DNA of 54,063 bases from a virus. Lineage: Duplodnaviria > Caudoviricetes. Where the stretch lies: the IMG/VR virus record IMGVR_UViG_3300002242_000171, positions 1-54,063 of that record; one strand, 5' to 3'. The notes below the pieces were generated by a model, which did no database searches, had not been told where the DNA came from, and saw only the letters and a list, made by a program, of their open reading frames with translations. This document shows positions 21,901 through 29,900 of the stretch, piece after piece; the stretch's first letter is position 1, and each line of letters starts with the position of its first letter. A program made the position numbers and the translations under genes.

Positions 21901-23010
21901 ACCTAAATCACCTTTATTATCATTCAAGATTGTTGTAACCTGAGATCCTATTGTCGCGATAAAAGCTCCAGTGACGGGGCCCTGGGATCCCCAGTGATCA
22001 TCACTGCCGGAAGTCTTAGTAGAAGTTAAGACGCCGTCGACATATAACTCACTTTTGTTAATGTTGCCACTGTTTTGTGATACTAGTGTATAGTGGTGCC
22101 ATTTATCGTCTGCAATGTTTGTTAAGCCGGTATCAAAGCCGCCGGCACACCAAACAGAATCACCAGAAGGACAATATTGCGCGTTATTAGAGCCAGATTG
22201 TATACCAGCAAAGATTTTATTTGGCTCTGAACTTCTTAGATAAATCATAAATCTACCATAAGTTCCACCAATGCCAATATCCGATAAGCTAGCGCTATTC
22301 CATAAATCGAATATTGTTTCGCTGGTTCCGCCCGGGCTGCCAGTTATTTGTGTATCGTCGTTTGCCCATTGTGCCTTTTTAAGCCAAAATTCTACAGTGT
22401 TACCATAAGTAAGATCTAATTTTAAATTAGATTCTCTAAAACTACCGGTGTCATAAATATTTGCTTTTGACAAGCCTTTGATTGATTGTCCTGGCTCTAT
22501 TTCTGATTTCCAATCTTCATTAGGGTCTGCGTTTGGGCCACCTTTGATAAAGATGTATTCTTTTGTAGAAGAATCATAAGATCTGTGGAGCGAGTGAGCA
22601 GGGGATCCAGTCAAGGCAGTCTGGTAGGCACCAATTGTGATATGTCCAGTTGTACGAGGATATTCATTTTCAAATATATGTTTATCTAAATAACTTGATG
22701 ATAGGTCCCATAATACTTTTTCTTTTTGACTTCCATCATAAGGATACTGATTGTAGATTCTAGTAAATGCATCTTTATAATATTCTTCTGCCGATCCATA
22801 TCTTGCAAAATTTGATGCTGAAGCAAAATCAATTTGTGGCACAAATCGATCTTCTTGCGCTTCATAAGCTTGAAGAAATTCACTAGATTCAATTTCATTA
22901 GCAAGAGACGCAGTTGTACTGCTGGTCAAATAACTAAAATTTTTACTCCCAGGCTTGAAATAATCTGCTATTTTTCCAGCGCTGTTAGGATCTATAATTT
23001 TTTTATCCAT
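12928..23010 (-). CDS. Giant (3360 aa) baseplate/adhesin protein with LamG (concanavalin A-like) domains and a gp7/P2 gpI-like segment
   Basis: LamG motifs TVEFWLKK...DDKWHHYTLV...LYVDG...GSIDEFRFW (~21830-22410) plus a second degenerate copy (~20140-20880); YNNLIHIYKTKGT wedge-protein-like motif; lies downstream of gp6/gp25. Confidence 0.7.
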   Translation of the reverse strand: MDKKIIDPNSAGKIADYFKPGSKNFSYLTSSTTASLANEIESSEFLQAYEAQEDRFVPQIDFASASNFARYGSAEEYYKDAFTRIYNQYPYDGSQKEKVLWDLSSSYLDKHIFENEYPRTTGHITIGAYQTALTGSPAHSLHRSYDSSTKEYIFIKGGPNADPNEDWKSEIEPGQSIKGLSKANIYDTGSFRESNLKLDLTYGNTVEFWLKKAQWANDDTQITGSPGGTSETIFDLWNSASLSDIGIGGTYGRFMIYLRSSEPNKIFAGIQSGSNNAQYCPSGDSVWCAGGFDTGLTNIADDKWHHYTLVSQNSGNINKSELYVDGVLTSTKTSGSDDHWGSQGPVTGAFIATIGSQVTTILNDNKGDLGWGKLSGSIDEFRFWKTARNAKQIGRFYKDQVYGGTNTDLSNTYLGVYYKFNEGITQTSSVDSVVLDYSGRISDGLWEGYSSTDSRSTSSALVESGHASREFQDPIIYSFHPDVASKLENLKTIGQEHDFNNGSSLINSLPAWISEDDYAQGEGQLHKLTQILASYLDTLHLQIEALPTIKNIQYASSSARPHFFNDRLLKDYGFDVDEILTDIDIFAYANTRDDKKLFEKKLYDVKNQIYKNIYNNLIHIYKTKGTKKSFRNLLRCVGIDEELVRLNLYGQNTNWRLETNTRDVSSKSKYVDFYNNNAASVYGYPEAGNPNSKSYISGSDDETNGIDALGAVTVETQILFPKYPLLQSRDSKIYSETTSSLFGLHTAKTDSNTDTAWATSDSGSVQVYIVRKQKQSMRDSPEAYFLLTGSALGPITSSVYTDIYDNTEWNLSVRLRDTKYPQVDFVTGSDTPVEVTAELIGYQHLGDTIINSFAISGTLQSAYGSTFFSVPKRLFVGAHRTNFSGTLLNESDVYVSYARYWNSYLENDTLEYHAKNDASYGVNHPHRNTYLFQGVASNKSLSETEMPKISSLALNWDFAQVTASDASGQFAVSDFSSGSNELLSYPLSNIVERQHTGLGHNFAASSTQVVEKKYVPSTRLVAPDLINSDDMVNIVDFEGEIFTREHRPVKYFYAFEKSMYANISYEMLNMFAGIKDFHNLIGDPVTRYRKSSKEMDKIKELFFRRVDNIPDLDKFIEYFKWIDNSISTMLLNLVPATADMADNVRNMIESHVLERNRIETKYTNLNLQQPEPDGRIKGINELLYNWKEGHEPGNFTYAWTQTAVITSTSSDLDGEYFTLISTDGTKRKYVFDDNGAGSTGTVKTGTGNSTEVWVQIQGMSSQSDFRGEIIEAVNSSAGHQGKILAMIGSITNTFRFNQLEPGPLGNTDIDTDVFALHITFSYFIQGAAEENVNCLYWKDRAERDRILISSGDSTVDEQREIIKRISNSVVSGSTYALRKFTRPYHFAVDRAQDFKIDNIKYNFVKTELDQSSKTENIILQDIESFVDCTDKDDLNVKRRLDFKANLEQSPIKGRNIAPFTVYSSSVDTGYKTSLTTFNSGIEINDNHRDVYGAETQETLQGPFTKIHVGGKKSRKVAPFTTTDRIEEYDLAVNASNLTLSKRADDDPKSKYFLDEIAKRPVVIKNIKTSTGSLYLGNYSKEYQIVQTVGANTQKGWLKDNFANFTQATAEVFNLSGNIDFNMMDRTGSSLQSVTIADRFSAPGSPEAMALGYLDPASHTFSVYNSLNYRNMTVRKPRSNITASGDSAVAVVSITSQGLGGWAKPFTIGLTSSAGLNITFRENYLATWLTDPTVGYDNNGLVFNYGTRCSAFWDASDCAAIGPGLAESGSAHSLAHAINTAFSGGVLGITASAVITNYPGATDPAQARFWIYQTEPGIAGNGRAVMEERSHQGATLETFRSGTNPSVFYETRPFGNPHDINLRTLTTTPPLDILQRNHMAGGPYPGYDARLSTTDGAALTASVHKVNRNVGQSAEAYIMPDGTEIAVNRQRYDNFFIQHAIPQSDRQYAWITASLSGNYAGPNIFGNLYYAGGGDGLTAPLGYSIKSNDMTFVSSSDFASYWFAGDSTWRYGLPEAPLLAVGYPLIRNDFVGLNTNIYEPVTASENSLGYPGTNTGYENNATSYQYQGGLISKGVLLSTYAGNALLNGIIHHRQGPYGWPSWKQIRGGNHPIMRHHRKTNTFSAVKMQAKQQSIPDTNDKKALKFGVNPILNFTESVVTIKHKPVQIRVRAVQDLYKPTETQGMVFDYTFNNNICSFANPQAAYHAFLFNHNEWFKSTTKPPPIYDSITSLYRDDDIVSPLNPIKRFESLRYTEVIWPQSKNTFLNRTRARNNYTEVAGGGDNSYDRISHRSFWRDDIENRVRTDLIALNNQNYYLSASNVTDWPYHASPSYQSWTVMSGSTGASLSIWPLEGAWTGSFEELSASSGPAGSIFAWPAPQALNSRDKYSGQLFNGPSFVDTGPTTDVGSSRSGSPRDLIWTTASVRYHGLDSTMRAIAPGTPSNPAGWLGSNATALSQWTNDLQSGSSNINWTTNIDRGRNPWYDSYTDYSADLSKIGKDYSVIPEFNISNHMPYYVIDKDSDFMAPVPYRNNFRIDGIINSASVNTQFYKDYLHSDFLKNFDIIVEDHKNLANATSIRLTCHGLKKLLPYNGFYPVNRTIQLATLLSQSLGAHISGSQSIESADDPWSGYVNQNAARTQALLQPYFAPGILYNTIKSGIAVDWPIYTGSVPEAPEGLQAFTYATASNYRLPFEALYDFSKLPIYDSEDASNRRNKLYAVANNYTDAFFTWNGNESHDLYRRAMDNFLAESVNLFIKDGRLTSWTSKPMSEISFKQDVTYQMSIDIEMVENIMTEGAINSSIAYGNGLDFNGLQPGNTASFYYRNCRGEIYGASTAFYTASNLFNEMLYGERQDPAYAPYTPPYFYGKATVDLTYTNTVEDTPQPSLGTIFSKLTASYYNNLNNIPSASYDTGSSGYAQWAPGTLKGGNYPLRTWVDQTSPAISTMMNVSSSLDLFGKKIAPLVASGPDGIIVQQPDDPTEQEQWVISTKYECPVLSFNHYTDDSKARGMWNGYGNIPEGGRGLKLTLRDTEPSELGAYTSNSKSLLATMFAQGTPKNQKVGELPTDGEKSISECIVAIPYLQSKALAAKFNCIHSKADNKYFFPIYNIEVKSDAANYDATSILDIVNQVEEQIDEQSAETSQSPSVLNLKDKMRRFIFPPRWDFVNNSNPIIDPFVMFAFEFKHKFSRQELQDIWQGVMPDIAMKVVPDSSTLSIPCKDGELMSEFWQKFTGEGMSKSDIKKITRNLRWMVFKVKKRARNKYINVTETESDNLAFITNQVENTADVDHTYSYNWPYDYCSLVELAKLETSIKLTSPEVIAETPESAPEDSFFEEQGPQNSDLPEGENAYTPAQRQEEGTDF

Positions 23011-23016
23011 CTAGAA

Positions 23017-24669
23017 TTAACTATCCTCGGTATCTTCTACTCTAAATTTAAAAGTTCTATTAAATTCTTTATATCCTGGCTCCTGATAGGATGCCAAAAT
23101 AATACCATACATATACCCGCCTTCAAGCATTGTCATATCGAGATCAAAGTATGAGCCAGATACATCAGATGATAATCTAGTGTATGAGCCTGTATTTCCA
23201 ACTTCTAGGGGCGCTGTGGAGCTGCCAGTGCCATATGATATCACTTCATAATCATCAAATGTTCGAACAATTCTGAAATACATATTATCTAATATTGTAT
23301 TTTCAACTTTTGCAACAGCTTTAGAATAGATCGTAGGATTCCAGTCTTTAAGTCTGGTTGTAATACGGAATCTTGCTTCTTCAGATGTTGTATATGATGG
23401 TTTTATATTTGCTATGTTGACCACATGTTGAGTTCCGGCATTTTGTCTAGAAGCGGCAAACACTTTTGGCTCAAAAGAACCGGTACTGACCTGAACGCCG
23501 AGCTTATCCGTGCCGTCTAAAGACCATACATCATAAAGAGTTGTTATAGGAGTAGCAGCAGATGTTAAAGCGAATGAGGCTGAATATATTCCAGTTGATG
23601 CCCAGCCACCAGTAACAACTGTTGGGACTCCGGCTGCAACATAATCAGTCGTAGTGACCAAATTCAAAGCTGAAGCTGAAGGAACTGTGTTGTTTTCTGA
23701 ACCTGAAAATATTTGTAAATAAATATTTGTTGATGGATCAGTAATACCAGGAATATTTTTTAGACGACCATTGACATAATTATATAAATATAAAGTATTC
23801 AAATTATCTTCTGCGGAGAGTAAGGAACTACTATATTGAACTTTCGCTCTATCGTCTTTTATTGTAGAATCCCACCTGGCTTCGATACAGGGCCTTTTAA
23901 AGAAAAATTCACTAGTTCTAGAGAAAAACTTCTTTGTGTAATAAGATCTTTGGGCTCCGGAGACGTTCTGAATAATATTATCATTTGCGAAGCCGCCGAC
24001 GGAGCTAGAGTAATAGGCTTCTTGGGTTCCAGTTACGTGAATTCCAAGTCCATAATTTTCAAACCCGGTGCCGTGAGTATCAAAGCCTTTTATCCAGCGC
24101 TCGACTGTATCAGTTATATCAAGTTTTAGATTTTCAGTGCCATTTTCGAATGTTACAGTTTGTGTTCTGTCGCCGGAATCATTACCAGCTGAGGCTGTAA
24201 GATATGTCCCCCCAACCGTTGTCCATGTTGCAGATCCGGTTCTCATTACCCAATTAGAGCCTTCATAATCTTTTGTAATGTCTAGGTAACTTTCCATATC
24301 GAGGCCGAATCCTTCTTCCCAAGAAGAGGAAGCCGGCACCACTGTCAATGTTAAGTTTTTCGGTACTGTTGAGGCATGCTTTGCATTGAATAGTCTTAAG
24401 CAAAATTGAACATTTCCGGAAGCAGGAATGTCTCCCGCCGTACGGTCAGCTACAATTTCGCTAGTTGGAAAATGAACTAATATTCTAGATAATTCTTGAC
24501 TTCTTGAAATTCCAGAAGAATTTGATGTAAAATTTTGTCCATAGATTGAAAACGTTTCTAAAACATCTGAGGCGCCCATATTTGAACCAGTGGCGCGAGT
24601 AATCAAATTGCTCTTGTAGGCATTTGTAATTGTATTATCTTTATTTGCTATATATTTTTTAATACCCAT
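23017..24669 (-). CDS. DNRLRE-like domain virion protein (550 aa)
   Basis: KDNTI...SRILVHF...LRLF...SWEEG...W..GG...DITDTVERW...NYGL pattern; Ig-like C-terminus. Confidence 0.6.
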   Translation of the reverse strand: MGIKKYIANKDNTITNAYKSNLITRATGSNMGASDVLETFSIYGQNFTSNSSGISRSQELSRILVHFPTSEIVADRTAGDIPASGNVQFCLRLFNAKHASTVPKNLTLTVVPASSSWEEGFGLDMESYLDITKDYEGSNWVMRTGSATWTTVGGTYLTASAGNDSGDRTQTVTFENGTENLKLDITDTVERWIKGFDTHGTGFENYGLGIHVTGTQEAYYSSSVGGFANDNIIQNVSGAQRSYYTKKFFSRTSEFFFKRPCIEARWDSTIKDDRAKVQYSSSLLSAEDNLNTLYLYNYVNGRLKNIPGITDPSTNIYLQIFSGSENNTVPSASALNLVTTTDYVAAGVPTVVTGGWASTGIYSASFALTSAATPITTLYDVWSLDGTDKLGVQVSTGSFEPKVFAASRQNAGTQHVVNIANIKPSYTTSEEARFRITTRLKDWNPTIYSKAVAKVENTILDNMYFRIVRTFDDYEVISYGTGSSTAPLEVGNTGSYTRLSSDVSGSYFDLDMTMLEGGYMYGIILASYQEPGYKEFNRTFKFRVEDTEDS

Positions 24670-26477
24670 TAGGTCACAACACCTTCAAAATCAATTCCGT
24701 TTCTAAACTCGTATATAGTGTCGAAAGGAAATGTTAAATAACGACGATCTGCCGAAAATGCCTGTTCTACACTAAATGTAGTATCCGCATAATCGGCTCC
24801 AATTTTTTGGTATACATCAACTTTTACAGTATCTGCTACTCCCTTGATAGAATTTAATAATTTATAAATTTTTGTTATCTCTAAAAATTCGCCTATATCT
24901 GGTTGTTTGTTAATGTATTTGCTGTTTAACACCATAAGACAATTATTAAGCACGGTTGTCTTGTTAACATTTCTTTCGGCAACTATCTCAAATCTTACAC
25001 CTAAATTAACAATTTTAGCATCTAGAATATCAATAGAATCATTAATCATTCTATACTTGTTTATCCAATTTTTTAAATTTTGTTTAATAGTAGAATTGGC
25101 GGGCACTAAATTATTAGTAGAATTTTTACATAGTATATATAAATTTAAGTTTCTTTTAAATGAATCTTTATCTTTATTCATGGTGCAGCGCGCAATAGAA
25201 CCAAATTTGGGAGGCATTGAATAAATCATAGATTTATAATCCTGCATTGTAACTGCTCTGTTTTGGGAATAAAAAATGCCGTAAGCTTTTTGTTTTATTT
25301 CATCTACAGTCGCACTCATCTCATCACCCAAAACAGGATCTTCGTTGATAACCTCCAAAGATCTTCGAACAGCTCCCAGTTTTGTTCCACTTAAATTAAA
25401 CTCATCTTTGAACACCAGATCTGGCTGTGAAGCCTCTGTAATTGTTCCAACCGGTGAATTTACTTGCGCAGTATTATTGTGTCTATAAACAACTGTTAAA
25501 GTCGTATTCGATGGGCCGACGCCGAGTTTATCAGAACTTATTAAATTAGTTGGATCAAAACTTTGATCAGTGCTGTACTCTCTGCCATGTAAATTAATAA
25601 TCGCTTGATTTGGCTCTGCTATTGGGTCTGTTGAAATATCTTCTTCGGAGCCATGGCCAAAGACCAAGAGCGTTTGTCGGGCACTTCTCTCAACTGTAAA
25701 GCGGCGAGGCACTACATGCGGCTTAAGAATATTGGGCGCCAACAATCTTTGTGTTGGATCCGGATTAATCAATTCTTTATAAACTACATCCTGAGAAAGG
25801 TAGTCGACCTCTATATAAGAGTTACCGTTGGAGTCATAGACAGACATTATTTCTGCGATACTGGATGCGCCCGGAATTTCTAATTTTCTAAATCTTTGAA
25901 ATTCACCAATAGTAAAGCTAGCTGTTTTAAAGTTTCCGGAAATAATTCTACCTTTTGCTTTTACAGCATAATTTATTGGAGTTCCAGTACTCGGGTTTAC
26001 ACGGCCAACGACCACCATATTTGAAGATTTTGAAAAATCTACATTTTCCACCAATATATAAGAATTCCCAGCTGTCGATGAAAAAGTGCTTCCTCGTTTT
26101 AGTGTTGGCAAATACAACGGGTCCGGGCCGCCTCCTGTGGTAGCAGGAGGTACTAAAATATATAATGTAACAACACCATGTGAAGATGGAGCTGCATCAA
26201 ATTTATATCCTAACTGGCGACTTAACTTAATAATATTATCATATTCTATAGCTGTCTGTAAAAAAGATTCGTTAGCCTGATAATCTAGATAGAAAGACAT
26301 AACGTCACCGACATAGGCAACCATATCAAGCATTAAGGCGCCAAAAGAAGCTTCACTGAAGTCTTTATAGGTATTTGGATAATATCTTTTTGCGTAACTC
26401 GTTAATTCATCCTTGATAGATGAAAAATTTCTTGCAGTATAATTTATCGATAGTTCTTCGATTTTTGTTTTTGCCAT
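24669..26477 (-). CDS. Baseplate wedge subunit (T4 gp6 / baseplate J-like)
   Basis: INYTARNFSSIK...DFSEASFGALMLDMVAYVGDVMSFYLDYQANESFLQTA...LGY and QNRAVTMQDY motifs. Confidence 0.88.
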   Translation of the reverse strand: MAKTKIEELSINYTARNFSSIKDELTSYAKRYYPNTYKDFSEASFGALMLDMVAYVGDVMSFYLDYQANESFLQTAIEYDNIIKLSRQLGYKFDAAPSSHGVVTLYILVPPATTGGGPDPLYLPTLKRGSTFSSTAGNSYILVENVDFSKSSNMVVVGRVNPSTGTPINYAVKAKGRIISGNFKTASFTIGEFQRFRKLEIPGASSIAEIMSVYDSNGNSYIEVDYLSQDVVYKELINPDPTQRLLAPNILKPHVVPRRFTVERSARQTLLVFGHGSEEDISTDPIAEPNQAIINLHGREYSTDQSFDPTNLISSDKLGVGPSNTTLTVVYRHNNTAQVNSPVGTITEASQPDLVFKDEFNLSGTKLGAVRRSLEVINEDPVLGDEMSATVDEIKQKAYGIFYSQNRAVTMQDYKSMIYSMPPKFGSIARCTMNKDKDSFKRNLNLYILCKNSTNNLVPANSTIKQNLKNWINKYRMINDSIDILDAKIVNLGVRFEIVAERNVNKTTVLNNCLMVLNSKYINKQPDIGEFLEITKIYKLLNSIKGVADTVKVDVYQKIGADYADTTFSVEQAFSADRRYLTFPFDTIYEFRNGIDFEGVVT

Positions 26478-26511
26478 ATAATAACCTCAGCAATATTAAT
26501 TAGTTTTATAT

Positions 26512-26889
26512 TCAGTTTGAGAGAGTAACAAGTAGATTATCTGTAGTTCCTAAATCAGATATTTGATATACAATCAGCACATTAAGTCTTGCTGTGTTCT
26601 GCGAACTATTGCCAATTTGTATATCTGTAATATCGATAAATGGCATATATGTTTGTGCTTGTCCAATTATATTTCCGTATAGTGTATCTTTGACATCTTC
26701 GGTCATGCTCTCAAATAAATATTTTCTTAGCCCAACCCCAAAATTAGAATCCATGATCTTTTCTCCAGGAACAGTAAGAACTAAGTTTTTTAAATTTTGT
26801 TGTACAGCCTCATGTATAGTCTTAGTTAGACCATAGTGGCCATCGATGGCGTCGACTAGTAGTGGTAACTTTGGGGAAATTCCATACAT
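26512..26889 (-). CDS. Baseplate wedge subunit / sheath initiator (T4 gp25 / GPW-like)
   Basis: QNLKNLVLTVPGEKIMDSNFGVGLRKYLFE motif; 125 aa; adjacent to gp6; SD AAGGAG. Confidence 0.9.
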   Translation of the reverse strand: MYGISPKLPLLVDAIDGHYGLTKTIHEAVQQNLKNLVLTVPGEKIMDSNFGVGLRKYLFESMTEDVKDTLYGNIIGQAQTYMPFIDITDIQIGNSSQNTARLNVLIVYQISDLGTTDNLLVTLSN

Positions 26890-26924
26890 TTTCTTCTATC
26901 TCCTTGATTATAATTATTTGCTTA

Positions 26925-29900
26925 TTATTTTTTACACTCATCTTCTGGATCTGCAGAGAAGCCATCTAAGTCAATTTCTACGTTGGGGGCACCAAGTGTG
27001 TCGTCGGTGGCCAACTCAGGCTCTGGTGCTCTTGGGAATTCGACCGGCATGAAAGCTAGAGCTGCATAAATAAACCCTAGGGGGCCGACATGTATTGATG
27101 GATCTCCAAACGCGGGAAAGCCTGGCGGATATATGGGTGTTGGGCGATCGCCGAAGGGATCCCACATCATTTCCAACAACGCCTTATCTGGTAAACCCTG
27201 CTCTTCTTGAACATTCATAAAGTGCGCTAGCCCGGGATCAATTTGTTTTACCAGATATCTTAATAAAAATTTGGGCACGACAGTGCCAAGCCACTGAATA
27301 AATGGATCGCTTGTGTTTCCAAAAGAAAGAGCCTTTTGCATTGCTTCGTTCCAGCTTTCCATTTCAGGACCTTCGGCGCCAGATAAAGGCTCGGACTCAT
27401 CCCAATTATTTTTTGGCTTATTCTGCTCTTTTAACAGTGCTGCAGCAATTTTTCTACTTTCTAAGAACATCTTGTCATAATTGTATTTGTCATCATATGG
27501 GAAATACATATGATGCAACATCGCGAAATTTAATAAATTCGAAGTTGGAAAAACAAAATCATCAAATATTCGTACTGATGGTAAATTAAATAAATCTTCT
27601 ACCAAATCTCTAGAATCAATTCCGTGACGCGTCACCAAAGGATCGAGAGCAGAGAGCGCCTCTGAGTCAAGTATACTATAATCCAGCCATTCCGGATCAA
27701 CGTTAAATGCTTGTTTAATATCTGCAAAAGTTAGATTTTTAAAATCATGCATTTCTTTTTCTATAAACGCATCTTCAATTGGTATTATAAAAAACGGTTT
27801 AATGATTCTAAATGAGTCCCTGATCGATAAACTTGGCCATCCAGTATCATCTGCTATAGCTTGAATTTGATTTAACTTAGATGTGTTGGGGCTTTTTATT
27901 AATTCTTTTATTTCATAGGCACGCTCTAAAAATCCTTTATTCCGCATTGATGAATCATGATTTTTTTCCTCGGCATGTTTAATCGAATTTTTAATTAAAT
28001 CAATAAAAGTACCATTTTGATCTAAGTCAGATGATGATATCGGTGAAATTTTATTCTTACTTCTATCTTCTACTACATTTTGAATTTTATTTTGATCTAG
28101 ATCAAGCGTGTCCCATAAATTATGAGGAGCTACATAAACTAATCTTAATCCATGTTTTATACTGCTAAGAAAATAAGAAATAGCAGTATCAGCCAATTCA
28201 AGCGTCAGACCTGGCATGCCTGAAACTCCATTTATATAATTATCAAATACTTCTAAAGACTTTAAAATTGCAATATCGAAATTTTTATATGAAATAGTAA
28301 ATTCAGTTGCGTTATCCGTGTGTATAAATTCTACACCTAGGGCTGCCTGGAATGCTTCGTACATGGTTACAAATAAATCTTCTTCTCCTGTCCATAAAAA
28401 ATCCTTTGAATAGTTAAATTTTATTTTTAAATATTTTTGCAGTATAAATCCGCCGTCTTTTGTTAGTCGGCCCATGTGGGTAAGATTCCCTTCGGCATCA
28501 TAAAATGAAGATAAGACCTTATTTGAAGGAGAAGTATATGCTTCGTTATAAGCATCACAATTGATATTTTTTGAATCTACTGTATTTTCTGTGTTAAACA
28601 GCGAGCGCTCTTCATCTAATCGCATAACAATATTGTTTGGACTATTCGGTGGTACTTTCCAAGTACCTAGGTATTTACCGTTGACAGCAAGGCCTGAAAT
28701 TCCATGGAATGATAATTTATTGTTATGGTTTGTCCAAGGAAAATAATTAACTAAATTTGGCTTAAAGGTCGATGGATTATCTGCATACATAAGCTGACTA
28801 GACCCGTCAGCAAAATTTGCTATTGTAGCATCTCCAAATCCATGAGTTCCTTCATCAATATTTTTAAATGTAAGCAACTGGCTTGGAACATCATAAATCG
28901 CTTGTGATGCTAATAAATTCTTAGCCTTCTTATTTCGACGAACTTTATCCAATAAAATGTTATCTAAACGTGACACCATTGATTTTGTGTTATCGTTGAT
29001 AAGCACTTTAAATGCCAAATCAAGAAAAATCGATTTAAGACGACTTTTAATTTCAAATACAGAGTTGACTTCATAATTAAATCCATTATTTTCAGCAATA
29101 ATTTTTACAACATCTGCGTTTATTACACCCATGTCTTTATTCAATTCATCTAAATCTGCTAAATTAAAAATCTTATCCTGAAGGCTTGTGAATGTACGTT
29201 TTGTTATATCTTTGGAATCATCATATAAAACTTTGTTTGATAAAATCTTTACTTCAAGTTTTTCATCAACTTTCCTTCTCAGGTTTTCCATGACAGTTAC
29301 TTGTAATTGTTTATAAAGGCTAGGGTCGATCAAGTTAGCATTTTCTTTCATTTTGGTTTTCATCAAAGTTAAGAATATGCTAGAATCAACTAATGAATCT
29401 TGTACGCTGAATCTAGAAAAGAAAAATAAAGATCTTATCATGGCTTCAGCTAAAATAAGACGTGTATAAGCCAAAGCCATTCCATATCTTAAGGCATCGT
29501 TAAATGGATCCGGGTCGGCTTCAGATCTAGAAATTGCTTCACATGCATTTTTTTTATAATAATCTTTTATTAATTTTTTTAATCCTTCATAATCCAACAT
29601 TCCATCTCTAAGTTTTTTTAAATTTGGATTAGCGCTATCATTACAAATTAACTGTTTCGATAAATAATCTGACTGGCTTCCCAAAATCAAACTAGTAAAT
29701 TCATCAATATTAAACAATCTAGATTTGGAACATTGCCGAAAGATATCTCCTTGTTTTTTAACAAGATGCATCTGATGTATGTTCACCAAATGTTCTTCTA
29801 ACTCTTTATAATTGTTTATATATTCTTGTTTGGCAGCGCCCATGGCGGCGCCAGGAAATGCATTAGCAATAGATTTAGAAATAGATCTAGCAAACGTAAA

